In this document: in pieces, positions 1-12,795 of the stretch
Layout: each line of letters opens with the position of its first letter
Position numbering within the stretch: the stretch's first letter is position 1
NCBI RefSeq assembly: GCF_964355755.1
Contig: NC_092672.1
Location: forward strand, 11,470,001-11,534,000
Reading direction: 5' to 3'
DNA length: 64,000 bases
Origin: Antedon mediterranea
Lineage: Eukaryota > Animalia > Echinodermata
Translations under genes and position numbers: made by a program
Notes under the pieces: generated by a model
What the model saw: only the letters and a program-made list of their open reading frames with translations
Database searches by the model: none
What the model was told of the DNA's origin: nothing

Positions 1-930
1 GGAAAATTATGTAATTAGTTTTTTTAACGTTGATTGATAGTTTATTGCACATGAACCAATCCGAAACATTTTTTAGTTCACCATTAACTAGTTCTATGAG
101 CGTATCCAAGTTTTCGTGAGATGCAGATATGTTTGTGTCGTCAGCAAATAAAACAAAAGATAACGAGTTTGAGCAATTAAATACATCGTTAATGTACAAA
201 ATAAAAAGTAGAGGCCCCAGAATTGAACCCTGTGGTACACCGCAATTTATATCCATCAAACACGAACTTGTGTTATCAATAGACGTAAATTGTTTCCTTC
301 CACTAATATAGTTTCTAAACCATTTAAGGGCCGTGCCTCTTATGCCATAGTGTTCCAATTTTTTAAGAAGTATATCATGGTTGATGGTGTCAAACGCTTT
401 TGACAAATCAATAAATATTCCGATGGTATTTTTTTTCTTATCAAGCGCATCGGTTATTCGTTCAACCAGATCTATAACGGCCATAAAAGTAGAACTGTTT
501 TTTCTGAAACCATATTGTGCATTATTAAGGATGTTAAACTTTGTGATATAATTATTTACTCTAATTTGAACAATTTTTTCAAGAATTTTTGAAGCGGTAG
601 GCAGAATAGAGATCGGCCTATAATTACTGACGTCACTTTTATTGCCAGATTTAAAAATTGGAACTACTCTAGCTACTTTCATACTATCAGGGACCATGCC
701 TGTCTCAAGAGAGAGGTTAAAGATATGTACAAGAGGAGATGCCACAGCAGCAATAATATGTTTTAGAATGCGATTACTTAAGTTATCAACACCTTCTGAA
801 TTTGAATTTTTGATTTGACTAACTATTTCAATGACCTCTTCTTCATTCGTAGGATTGAAAAATATGGATTGGGATTGACTCTCTTTCATATATTGTTTAA
901 AGTCAGAATTGTTTACATTGAGTATAGATC
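1..930 (-). mobile_element. 5'-truncated non-LTR retrotransposon reverse transcriptase (L2/CR1/Crack-like group), running off the window edge, inside an Eph intron
   Basis: One continuous minus-strand frame encodes NYRPISILPTASKILEKIV, QYGFRKNSST, FIDLSKAFDTINHDILL, GVPQGSILGPLLFILYIND, FADDTNI and WFMCNKLSINVKKT. It is absent from the ORF track because no stop occurs before position 1. Confidence 0.92.
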
Positions 931-1875
931 TGTATTGTGAAATGGGTTAAGGGTTGAAAATGTTCAAAGATGATTTAAAACTAGTTCAGCATTAAACCTT
1001 TTCCATTTAAAAATGTTTACATTTCTTCCCATGAAACTCATACTATTTGATTTCACGCTATTTATTATTCTTGGGCAGGCGTAAATGAAAACGAAGAAGG
1101 CTCACGATCATTAATGACCGTTTAAAAACACATCAAAACTGCATTCTAATATCTTCTAATTAGGATATATGTCTCTTTGATTAAAATTCATCAACATTGA
1201 CAAACTTCGCAAATTTATTAATGTGCAAGAATGAGAACGGATGGACTCGACGAAAGCTGAGCTGCATTTATGACGCGCAATTAAAGCTTTTGGAGTCAAA
1301 TTTATAAGCAAATTGTTTTCTTGCGTGTTTTTTTCAGACACAGGCATATTTTCTATCGTTTATTAATTGTTCAGCTATGGCATACTTGAAATATTTCTGT
1401 ATTATTTTACATATTAATGATAGTAATTAATTATAAGTTCGTTAATTTAATTAAACAAATGATTCTTGATATGACTTGGGCACCAGTATTGATATGTTGT
1501 GATGCCAAATTGATTATAATATACAATACATTTTTTTTAGAAATTTGTTTAAAATGAACACGATGTCCTACAAAAAAGGTTTAGTTAAGAGCATTCAAAA
1601 TAAACTTTTAAAAAAAAGTCTATCAAGATATGATTGATACAAGTATTATTTTATTCTATATTTATCGGCCTACCATGAACTTATAAATTTAAGCTAGAGA
1701 TAGAGAAAGTGTTGAATTTGAGGGCATTTTTAGTTAGAAATAAAATTAATGTAACTTTGTTTTGAAGATGATCAGATCTTTGGCACTTGTGATTAGTCTA
1801 CTACTTGTGTTATACAAATGTTCATGTTTTATCTGTTAGGAACCATGACTTCAAAGGTTGTACATTTAATAACTG

Positions 1876-2237
1876 GCCTTACCACGTTTAAACACCGGTT
1901 CTCGTCAGATCATCAAAGTTAAGCACTGTGGGCTCAGTTAGAGTTTGGATGAGAAACCATCTGGGAATACCGGGTGCTGTATATGGAGCTGGGGTCCCAT
2001 TAGGCATTTGAAATCAGCACTGCTGTCAGACTCTCATGGCAGTATCTAGTATCTGCCTCAGACGTATTGGCTTATGCCTCTCCTCTGGTTAAGGTGGGCA
2101 CTGGACGAGAGAAGCCCTTGGTCAATGTTGGGACCAGCCAGGTGCTTTAATCAGTCCTAGCTTTAGTCAGCATTCAGATTAATGTAAGACTAATTGACGT
2201 TTGTCATTTACGACAGAACTCGGCCAAAAAAAAAAAA
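1876..2237 (+). mobile_element. 5S rRNA-derived SINE (SINE3-type), copy A
   Basis: The first ~105 nt match 5S rRNA (CCTTACCACG...CCGGTTCTCGTCAGATC...AAGTTAAGCA...TGGGAATACCGGGTGCTGTA). A ~245-nt non-5S body and an A-tail follow. A closely similar inverted copy lies at 27352-27720. Confidence 0.88.
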
Positions 2238-2275
2238 TGTAATAATTCTAAATATTATTTTTATTTGAATTTTAG

Positions 2276-2584
2276 AAACGCCATCATCGCCTAGAAACGT
2301 CATCGCTAAAGTACACCAGACGACATCAGTGGTAACTTTGTCATGGTCACCACCACTCAATCATGGTGGCCGAAACGATACATTTTACAATATTGATTGC
2401 GACCGATGCCCATCTGATGTCCGATTTTCACCAACTGATCGTAACTTGAATGTATTGCAGGTCAATGTCAGTCGTCTGGCTTCATACACAACATACATTT
2501 TTAATGTGTATGCACGGAATGGCGTATCTAATCAGGCGTCGGTTGTTAGATTTGAGACTGTTAATGCTACTACATTTTCCTCTG
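2276..2584 (+). CDS. Eph: Eph receptor exon: first fibronectin type III domain
   Basis: tttag| ... |gtaagt, phase 1-1, 309 nt. Encodes TPSSPRNV...LSWSPPLNHGGRNDTFYNIDC...YTTYIFNVYARNGVS, typical of Eph FN3a. Confidence 0.93.
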
Positions 2585-4044
2585 GTAAGTCCTTTTTACT
2601 ATTTGAAACACAATATTTCTATTATATAATTTTTTTAATGAATACCGTAGTATTTCAATTTCAGGTATTGTAAGCTGCATGAAGGTGGGCAGGAATTTAA
2701 TTCAAAGTAACATTTATTTATCTATGTGGGAAACCCAAATTCAAACCAGTCTAAAGCTTATTTTTTAGCCTTTACCAAGAATAATTTCAACATAGCACCT
2801 ACAAAACTCTGAATACATTGAAGCACTTTTTGGTTTTTTACCATGCATGGACTCGTAACTTTTTTGCACTCAGTCTTTAGACTTCTGTAGCTAATTCCTA
2901 ATCCTAGGTTAGGTTAATGAAAAGGAAAAAAACCAATATAAATATATTTTAATAAAAAAAAAACAAAAATGTGTTCTTCCACTGGGCCATATAATGTAAA
3001 ATAGAAATGTATATGAATAAAGTTAAAGTTAAGCACTGTCAATAGTTGGTTTGACTCTTGTTTAGTTTTAGTTTTAGTTAAAATTATTAATAATAAATTA
3101 CCATATAATTGAAATACATACTATGAAATAATGGGTCTTGTTGAACATTAAACAAAGCAAAGTATAGATTTCAAGAATACTGTGAAAAATAGCAATTGTA
3201 GCTATTTCTTAATTAGTATTGCTCGACATACATTCCTAATTGATTAATTGATTGGTTGATTAATAATAACGAAAGTATTTCAAAGGGCACGGAACAGCTG
3301 AATAAAACCGGTCTTGGGTCTTAAAACGGGATCATGTTAATGCTAATCTCGTCTTCCAAACACGACAAATCGCCGTGGGATATCAAACCACTGTAATCAA
3401 CAAATGGGTTTTGTACTTTCTCGTACTGCACTATATTTTAAATACTAACTAGGTTAATCAAAATTAAGTCTTTGTAAAAACAAAGTAAATCAGATTGAAA
3501 TGTAGCATAGTTTTGTTATATATCGCTAATTTGCATGCCATTGACAATACTGTGAGTGACTGTACTTTGAAGTCAGTACAGTGTTATATACACATATGTT
3601 ACTTCAGTACAACATGCATGTAACATAATAGATGTATTATTACTATACATCAAAAGATATTTAACAAATCATTAAATATGCCTAATGTGGCATTTTGAGA
3701 TAAATTGTTATGATAAAAATGTGTGCCTTACATTCCATTGCAGAGGTAAAAATCACTCATAACTTATTATGGCACATGGAGTAAGTTTTTCTATATGTCA
3801 AAAATACAGTCCAGTCATTTCAAGTTTTTGAAGTGAAGATTGGTAAAGAATGATCTCTAAGATTTTGCAGATGCAATGCATGGATGTATGTGCAATGCAA
3901 CTATAATTTGATCAATCACAATAAACGACAATTTGGAAGATCTGTCATTTGTGTTTGATGAAATCAATTTTTTGTGAGTACGCCCTATTTTGCGTCCTAG
4001 TGGGAACAAAGCTTCAGAACTGAGCCATTAATAATTAATTAACA

Positions 4045-4160
4045 TAGCAGTTATCATGCTTGCCTTCCAATCCAAAGATCCATGGTTCAATTCTGAAAAG
4101 ACTTGGTTTATAGCATGATATATAGATTATTCATCCTGTTGAATATGTGTGAAATAAAAT
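4045..4160 (+). mobile_element. degenerate tRNA(Gly)-like SINE copy
   Basis: ATGCTTGCCTTCCAATCC...GGTTCAATTC head and ATTCATCCTGTTG...GAAATAAAAT tail shared with the 15396 copy. Confidence 0.5.
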
Positions 4161-6477
4161 GGCAAAAAAAAAGCGCCAAACATTAAAATGACTAACATGT
4201 ACAACTTGAAAATCTGTCAGATTTACATAGGATTATTATGAACTATCTACTTGTTTACACATTGGTGACCATTATTGTGATGGATTGTCCATATCACATT
4301 CTGTTTTTTTTCTAAACTTGAAATACTGATCATGTTTCTAATGAACCATAAATCTTTAGGATAAAATTAAAAGAAGTATTTAAGCTATCATTAATTCATC
4401 ATATTGTTTGCGATTATCTTTTTGAAATCTCCTAAAGCTGGAGGACTTTTGATAAATCACAATAACACAGTAACAAACACCTATTACATCAAAGACGAAG
4501 CTATTACATGCATGCCCCATGGAATTGATAACATTGGAGAATCCCTCAAGTGGCTGTCTTTGAGTACACAATGTTGTGATGCCTGAATAATCAAAGTAGT
4601 CCTCACGTAACGGTTACGTGGCACATGGACAGGTGTTCACGACTAACTGTTTGTGGATTATGCGTTTCTGACCCCAAGGGCGTACTGTCAGAAACTTGTG
4701 TTATCGCGTAATGATTATGTGCTGGAATGATGCATTGCTGTAGAGCCTTTAACGTTGGATTAGTACACCCGTGGCAATTGGCCGTACCAGTGCACATTTA
4801 TGAATGAAATTGTATCCTGTAGTTGACAAGGGAATTTCCTATTTCGACTATGCTGAACAGTATCATAGTTTATCTGTGACCCAAATTATAATATTTTTAG
4901 TCAAATCCAATCAATACTTTGGTGGATAATTATGTTATAAAATGGCAAAACAAATTATTACAATAGCAAATATAAATAAAATAGGAGATTAGGATCTAAT
5001 CAATATTAAGTGATTTGAAGGATATTTATGCAGGGTTGTTGGGGTTTGTATGAAGTTTGGACAAGGTTTGTGCAGTTTGTGCAGTTTAACAATACCCTTT
5101 CAACTGATTTAATACAATATCTTTGATTTATAATTTTGCTATACCATTTGACATTACATTAAAACCCCTTTTAAGGGACACCTTTGCAACACATATGGCT
5201 CTTTGTTCATTTCACAGACAACTTCCCACTTAATAGGGATGTCCACTGAATATGGGTTTCCCAAAAGAGCACAGGACTATCATATTGCAGTACTTCACTT
5301 TTCTAGTAATCGGTTTTAATATTTGTACTAGTCCTGTTAAATATAAAATAAGTTAATATATATTGGTTATTATTATTATTAGCCCAGAAAAAAAAAAGCA
5401 TAGTAAGTTTATGAATCAAAAGTTAAATTAGGATATCCTAGACCTACATTGCATCTTAGTCAATTTACAACACAGTTTATTCTACAGTACCTCAATACAA
5501 TGCAAATGTTTTTCAATTTAAAATAAATCCTTGAAAGTGACAGTTCAATGAAGATGTACCATGAACTATCTGACCGATTACAAATGAAAACGTTCAAAAT
5601 ATATGCATGGCAATTTACTACTATTATTATTATTCCATCTGAAAATAACACATTTGATTATTTGCGATGGATCTATCAACAGTTTTGACAGTTGTCTAAT
5701 GTCTGAATAAGCTCTACATTATCTTACTTTTAAAATGATTATATACTAGTATGTCTTTATTTATAGGCTTAACGCTTCGTTTTTGGGACATTAAACATTT
5801 GAGATACAGATCAGGTAAAATGTGCACTGCATGTATAAATGCATCTCGACTCTGCACATCTTGAGATTTCTAACATCTTGAATAAATTTATTGTTAGACT
5901 TGAGTCATTGATAAATGTATCTAACAATGTTTGGTTTTTTTTTTTCAGAATACTATACTATTAATAATTTTTATGCTGTGATCTTAATTTAGATTTTGTT
6001 TTAACTTGAAAAAATTAGGATACATACAGAGGGCAGTATAATCTAAATTAACTGAACATTATTTTTTAAATGTATAAATGAATTTTATGTAATTACATCT
6101 ACTAATGATATTTTGCTTATGCTATTTGGAATCACTTTATCTTCAGCAATAAAGTATATTAAAAAGTCCTCAATTCAAAATTTAACTCTTGACAAAAAAA
6201 CAAATACAGTATTGAATTTGAGAATGCACCTGGGATGTCTTGTAGCTGCCAAAGTAGGCCTATTTGTGACAGAGATGGTGAATAGTAGACCACTCAATGA
6301 AGACTTAAACTATGATTGTGTACATGATAATGATGAGAAAGAACAGCAACTTACAATTAACAAAAATGTGGACAGAGCTGATAAATGATAGACCACTGAA
6401 GGAAGACCACAGTGTCCTGAATTGTGATAGCTGGCATTGGCACTTGATAGAAAGAAGGAAGATTGTAGAAAGAAATA

Positions 6478-7763
6478 GGGCCTGTTTGTAGGGGTTGAAA
6501 ATACCAGCTTATTCCCGATTTCCGTTCGCGTGGCCCAATTAACTTTTGCCTCAGGCTACAAAAAATTCGAGGAAAAATGTTCACCAAATTTGCAGGTTAT
6601 TTCAGCGATAATCCAATTATACTCGGCCTTCGGGGATAATAAATCTCCCGATAGAGGCTTAGTGTCAAATTTTGACCTTTTGATTTGTAAACATCCGGCC
6701 GGTCGGTCAGAGTGCATGCATCGCGTCGGTGGTGCGTGTCCGGCTTTCTTGTTATTAGCGTCGTCTCTTCTCTCGCATGTTTAGTTGTTGTGTGTGTGGA
6801 TAGACAATCTAGAGAAGATCAGAATTCTGTTTTTATTTTAATTTGTATTGCTTTACCTGACATCGCCTTTACCTTTAATTCTGTCGTTTTATTAATACCG
6901 GGACCAATACCGAGGCTTCCACCAGTGCTTTAATAAGCATTTCGGGGAACGCCAAGGTTCAAGAACGTCTTGACGGCACAAAAAGAAACAATGCTGTATA
7001 CGGGCAAATCAAGGCCCAGTTGAACGAGATAGGGTTTGCGTATGATGTAACGCAAATCAAGAACAAATGCAAACACCTCAAAAGGCTGTATACTGAGGCG
7101 AAGGACGAGCAAGGCAAATCAGGACATGGTACAACAGAATGGCCATATTTTGAAGAAATGGACGCCGTGTTCGGCGATCGACCAGCTACAAAGCAGGTAC
7201 ATATTGCTCAATATTGCTCAATATAGGCCTGGCCCTAGCCCTCCACATGGACATCTAGGTAGGTCTAATCATATATATATATATATATAATTAATTTGTT
7301 TCAAAATAAAACGTACAAAAAGTAGCCATATTTCAAACTGATTTCTGTTCTTTCTTGTAGACCGCTTAGTAGGCCTAGCTGGTCGGTGGTGTTTCGTGTA
7401 ACATTGGGCTCAAATTCTTCGTCAAGGAGTAAAACAATGGTCGTCAGGAGAAGGCATATTTCGGCAGGATTATCGGCGTTAAGAGGCATAAGGTTTGTCG
7501 CAAGGATAAGTAGTGTAAAAGGTAGCAAGTAATTGTTATTGTAAAGAAAGATCGCGAGTAAAAAATATACAACACGAAACTAGCGCGCGAAAATGGGGTC
7601 GTAGGTTGTAAAGACAACTGACCTTAAAACGTAGTTTCCGGTTTGTGATTCGTCGATTAAGCATTTAAGCGGTTAAATATTTCAAGTACGAACAACGCTC
7701 AATTTATAACCCGAGGCATGGGTGAAATTAAGCGCTTATTTTAACCACCGTACGAACACGACC
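6478..7763 (+). mobile_element. internally deleted PIF/Harbinger DNA transposon with Myb/SANT ORF remnant
   Basis: Imperfect TIRs (GGGCCTGTTTGTAGGGGTTGAAAATA vs revcomp GGTCGTGTTCGTACGGTGGTTAAAATA) with flanking 3-bp ATA duplication. ~6905-7196 encodes ALISI...KVQERLDGTKRNNAVYGQIKAQLNEIGFAYDVTQIKNKCKHLKRLY...WPYFEEMDAVFGDRP, a Myb/SANT-like trihelix domain as in Harbinger ORF2. Confidence 0.8.
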
Positions 7764-8009
7764 ATAGAGTAGATTTACCCATACAGTATTTAGCAGCAGT
7801 CTTACGGAGCCTCAACAAATGAATGAACCTATATGAATACTTTATATAAAATTGAAAGAAGGCAGTAGAAACAGTATCCAACAAATAAAATGTCACCAGT
7901 AGAAGACTACAACATCATTGGTTATAAAGATATGTTGGCAAGAATGCTTGCTAGAAGGAAAAAGAAGATTATAGAAAATGTATCTAATTATTGGAGTGGA
8001 GCTGTACAG

Positions 8010-8178
8010 TAGTTGGTATTTATCAAATGCTTGCCTTCTTCCAATCCCAAGTTCTACGGTTAAATCCTGAACTTGTGACAACTCTTTCAAATGAGATTTT
8101 ATAATTATAAATGATAAAATAGTTTGTTAATCATGTAATTGGCAAGTTGCTTGCTGTTAGTGTTAGATGCGTGTGAAG
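8010..8178 (+). mobile_element. degenerate tRNA(Gly)-like SINE copy
   Basis: ATGCTTGCCTTCTTCCAATCC...GGTTAAATCC head; AAAATAGTTTGTTAATCATGTAATTGGCAAGTTGCTTGCTGTT tail matches the 15396 copy. Confidence 0.55.
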
Positions 8179-9457
8179 TAGACCAGAAATATAAGAAGAT
8201 AACATCCTCCTAAATTTACCAATTTTTATATATTTGTTTTTCATGTGAAGTGTGTGTAAACGCATTTTTTTAAAGGAGTAGTTACACATTGCTTTCATTA
8301 TTCATTTGCGAACAGCTTGTGACACTTTTTATTTACCATGACATAATCTTAAATGAACAGTTACACATATTTGCTGTCTGTCGTATTTCATTTACAAACT
8401 ATATGGAGTTCTCTATTACAAACTATGACATCTTATTAAAGGGACATGCATGTATTCGATCCTTGATTTAACATACAAAAAGAATAAAACTAAAATTTAC
8501 AACATTTTTATATTATTAAGCGTTCATTCAAACTGATTAATTAGCAATATTCTGGACAAAGTCTCCCGACATTGAAAGGCTTAATTGTACCTTACATTGA
8601 GTGGTCTATTTTTAGATTTTCGATTGTTGTTTTTTTTCAATTGGTAAACAAAAAATGTTACTGTGTTCACACACTAGAGTTAAGCATGTATAAAACAGAG
8701 TTAAGCTGAGCACAATCGTATTAGAGTTACATCAAATGTACTGTAAATGTGTGAGTGACTTTGCCAAATCTTTGACTCTAATATAGGTTTCACTTCAGTA
8801 GTCCTACTGTAGTACATTTTAATTAATCTTATAAGACAAAAAACACCGAAAAAGTTTTAAATATTGATCGATTTTTTTCAAACAACATACAGTACTCTTT
8901 AAACCTCTCCAGAGGTCATGATGATGTGAAATGCCAACATCTGCAACATCTTCATCAAAATCTATAAATTGGCATACTTGGTATACTTAAAACATTAAAA
9001 AAAAAAATAATTTAATCAAAATTAACTATGAAAAGAGAATAAGAAATTGAGCAAAGACCTCCAGGCTAGTATAACCTTTAAAAGTGAAATATCTAACCCC
9101 TGAGTTGATTAAATACCATCTGAATGATGAAATTGCTAATAGTACCTACTTCAATGGACCACCTTTCAACAGATATCCTTTCTATAGGTGTTAAAAAGTA
9201 GTTTACATCTGGGTATATTTACCACAGAGGTGAAGTCTGTAGACCTGCCTAATTGGCCATAACCTTCAATATTTACTTGTTAACCACAATTATAATGTGA
9301 TAGACAGGTCTGAGCAGCAACTCCAAATAGGCTTGAAAAAGTAGAGTACTGTATTAAAAGGGGTCTCCATCAATGGTTGCTATGCTTTGAACTTGGGATT
9401 GAGTAGAAGACATTGCCAGAGTAGGCCTAGAAAGAAATATGAAAAAAAAACAGTTAA

Positions 9458-10083
9458 AGCCCCATTCCCTACGTTTTTTAGATCTAATTTAAGATCACAA
9501 ACTATATTTAATGTAAAAATAATACTATATGGTCCTATTGCGATAACTTTTTTCGTCTTTAAACGGTTAAAAATGTGAAAAATAAATCGATTTTAATAAT
9601 TATAGCGGCCCGCTATAAATCCCAAAATGCATTGCGCGCGGATTGATATTTTTGTTTTTCACCTGTAATTCGCCCACTTTTCGATCGATCGTGAAGCCAA
9701 AACAAATGGAAGACTCCTAACTTTTCAGCGAAAATACCGGGTGTTCCCCAATTTGTATCAACGGAGTCTGGCAAAAATAGAAAGACAATTAATGCAGCAA
9801 CTATACAACGTCAGCCTAGGTATATAGCTAGCGTACGATGTTCGTACGTTACCGATGTTTACCAGCTAGGCCTACAAAACTAAGCCTAGCTAGGCTAGGC
9901 CTGAGACCGTCCACGAGAGGTCGATCGCCGCGAGCTACTTAGGTAGTGCATTGTTTCTCACTTTTTATCATAATTTACCATAAAACGTACATTTAAGACA
10001 AGGAATGACATGGTTTAATGTTTTTAAAGTGATATATATGTATTATTTTCCAAAAAACGTCCAAAATTGCAGGGAAGGGGTCT
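9458..10083 (+). mobile_element. non-autonomous Kolobok-type DNA transposon (MITE), copy A
   Basis: TTAA|AGCCCCATTCCCTAC ... GCAGGGAAGGGGTCT|TTAA: TTAA target duplication, AG...CT termini and short TIRs. A second, shorter inverted copy lies at 32711-33056. Confidence 0.82.
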
Positions 10084-12211
10084 TTAATAGAAATATAATA
10101 AATCAAATGTTCCATCATTTCATTAATCAGGAATCTAAACTGTAAATGAGTAGTTAACAGGGAAGTTTCTTAACCTTTGACCCTTTAAAAACAAAACTGA
10201 AAACTCCTTGGAGAGAGAAATATAAAAGTCAACTTAATCGATTGTATTTGATAAACGTACCATTAAATTGAAAATAGAAAGTAAGTTGTTCACAAAAGAT
10301 TGATCTACATGGTATACTTCTAATTAAAGATATACTATATTTGACAGCCTAATCATAGCATTTACTAAAAATATAGATTACATAGCCAGTATTTCTTAAA
10401 GAACCAACTTACATGATTCGTGATATATACTAAATAAAATCGATTGAAAGTTAAATTCAGAAAACTGGGTTACGTTATGCCATTTCCTCCAGGGTTACTA
10501 TTTTTTGTCAATTCGTATAAATTGTAAAAAATTATTTATAAGAAAAAGTCATCAATCGAAATGTAAAAAATGTCGGATAAAAATAATATAGGTTTTAAAA
10601 TGTGTTCGTCATGAACTATATCCACGTACAGACATATTATCTAAGCCAATATTTGCCCATTAACGGTTAAGACTGAAGGCTTATGTAACCTGACCACTTG
10701 ATGTCCATATTTATCGTCATTCGAGGGTAACTTTTCATTCATGGCACACTCATTCCTGCTGGAAATTGTTACATCGAACCCTGTCCTTCATATTAGTCAT
10801 ACTAAAGAAAGATACTTTGCTACTTAACCGCCTTTGTTTCAAAGAGCGTGCTGCATACTCTAGGCACAAATAAGAGAGTTGTTAATTTGTGCATGTGTAC
10901 CCCTGTGACCTACACACAATCTAGACTACATTCTACCTGCCTAGCTGTCAATCTGCTATAATTACCATTTGTTCGATGCATTCTTGATGATGAGGAAGTT
11001 TTTAAAATATTGTGTTATTTGTAAATTAGTTGTCAATGTTAATGTTATGGTAAAACTATAATGAAAAAGGTTGTGATTCCTTCTTTTAATATTTATCTGA
11101 TTGCTTCCAAGAACATTTTCTTGAATATGAAAAAGAAAACCCATTTTTATGATTGTATGTGCACCACATGACGGAGCATGCATATGACAATAAATATTTT
11201 GCATATGATTACAAATGTGCATGAATAATGCATGAGATTCATTTGCATATTGAATAACTTTATTTAATTGCAAGCTATTAGTTTTGGGGTGAAAACAAAT
11301 TGGAGGAAACAGGATTTTTTTTTGCCTTCTTGAGCATTATAATATTAATAAACAAATCATTTTTTTAAGTATAACTATGTATGATCATTTTAAATAAATA
11401 TTAACATTTATTTTTTTTATTTAAATTGGAATTATTATAAAAGGTTTTTTAAATACTTATTTCCAGTAGTAATATTGTATGCAAGCTGTATGTGAATAAA
11501 ATACATTTATAGTATGTTCTTATTACATTTTGTCAGTAAAATCATGTCAGGTTTACACACTTAAATGTGTTTACTTCTCTGCTAATACTTTAGTTGTACG
11601 TCAATCATTGAAACATATATTGCAAAATGCTGTGCGTTCTGAATGCTAATATAAGAACCCGCTTCTTACATTCACTTCAATCACATCGCAGCAAATTTAC
11701 CCAATTCATTCTCACAGATCATTTCATTGTGATTCCTATGTCGTTTTGCCGATGATAATGCTATCTGGAACCCATTTATTTGATCGTCTAAGTGTTTATT
11801 AAGTAGACGTCAGCTCGCCGTGGTCTTTATCATTCTGTCGTGATTATATCATCTTTAATTCAACTGCTGTAACTCGTTTGTGAATATAGAATTATAAAGA
11901 AGAGCTATTTATTTAAAGTGTTTTTATACATCAAGTGAGAATAACAAAATTTTCATTAGACTAAAACAGGTATCTATTTTATTGTAGATTAACACAATAA
12001 ATATTGTGTTTAATGTTTTTAATTTAATAGCATGTAAGTTTTACTATGACATAATGATTTCTGATGAATATGTTTTCTTATAAGTTGTACATATTAAAGT
12101 TGAGTGGCCGAGCAGTGAAAGCATGGGAACCGCAAACCATATACTGTAGTAGCAATACAATCCCTTGAGAATAGTATGATTGAAAATGTTCATCTGGTTT
12201 GTAGATATAAG

Positions 12212-12465
12212 TTATTTTGGAAATATTCTTTTTTTCAAACCAACAATTAGTAAACTAACCTTCTTGACAGTTTCGCTGTCCTGATCGGACAGCTTCTTCA
12301 GAAATAATGACGATCTATCATCAAACAGATTGACCTCTAGAGGGCCTATTCTGTTTAATGACAGGGTCATACACGTGACTGAGTTGGTGGGCGCCCTCGT
12401 CTCTGTTGATTGATTTGGTTTCCTCGTCGGCGGATCCAAATGGCTTCCCTGATGCTTCTCTTGAG
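12212..12465 (-). mobile_element. Penelope-like element 3' end / pLTR remnant (GIY-YIG C-terminus plus hammerhead)
   Basis: Minus strand reads RSIREAIWIRRRG, then after a frameshift INRDEGAHQLSHVYDPVIK, matching the end of PLE GIY-YIG endonucleases. A hammerhead motif follows. Confidence 0.82.
12261..12305 (-). ncRNA. minimal type I hammerhead ribozyme
   Basis: AUUU-CUGAAGA-A-GCUGUCC-gauca-GGACAGC-GAAA-C-U-GUC/AAG. Catalytic boxes intact, perfect 7-bp stem II, vestigial stem III, 3-bp stem I; predicted cleavage after C at 12266. Confidence 0.8.
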
Positions 12466-12469
12466 AATA

Positions 12470-12665
12470 GTTCTGGTGGTAGAACAAATCTTCTCGGAAA
12501 AGGAGGTTCAGTTTACACATCTGGCTTCTGTGCACCCAGTCCATCTTTCGAAACAGAAAGGTATACCCCAGTGAACTGGTCTATCTTATATTCACTGCAC
12601 TGTGGCTGCCTTATATGTCCGCCGCTGGGGGCTTAATCCGAAGTGTCTCAACTGAGGATTAATAT
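12470..12665 (+). mobile_element. SINE remnant with Deu/Nin-domain-like core
   Basis: TCTTCTCGGAAAAG...CCCAGTCCATCTTTCGAAACAGAAAGGTATACCCCAGTGAACTGGTC resembles, from memory, the conserved Deu/Nin SINE central domain. The head is missing where it abuts the Penelope remnant. Confidence 0.45.
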
Positions 12666-12795
12666 CAAACAATAAACTATATTTATTATATTCTATTCTT
12701 AAACTAGCACTTAAAATACGTTGATGTGTGACACAAACTCTTCTATAATTCTAGAGAATAATTAAGACAAAAATTTAATTTTTCATCATCATCAT

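Noticed and set aside
1876-1982. functional 5S rRNA gene (also 27605-27720)
   Set aside because: Diverged from 5S, no oligo-T terminator, and both copies continue into the same non-5S body and tail, so these are SINE heads.
8435-8460. TTAAAGGGACA Kolobok-like ends (also ~52239, ~63395) and CAGGGCCG hAT-like ends (~17889, ~34770)
   Set aside because: Only single termini seen; no partner end or TSD to define an element.
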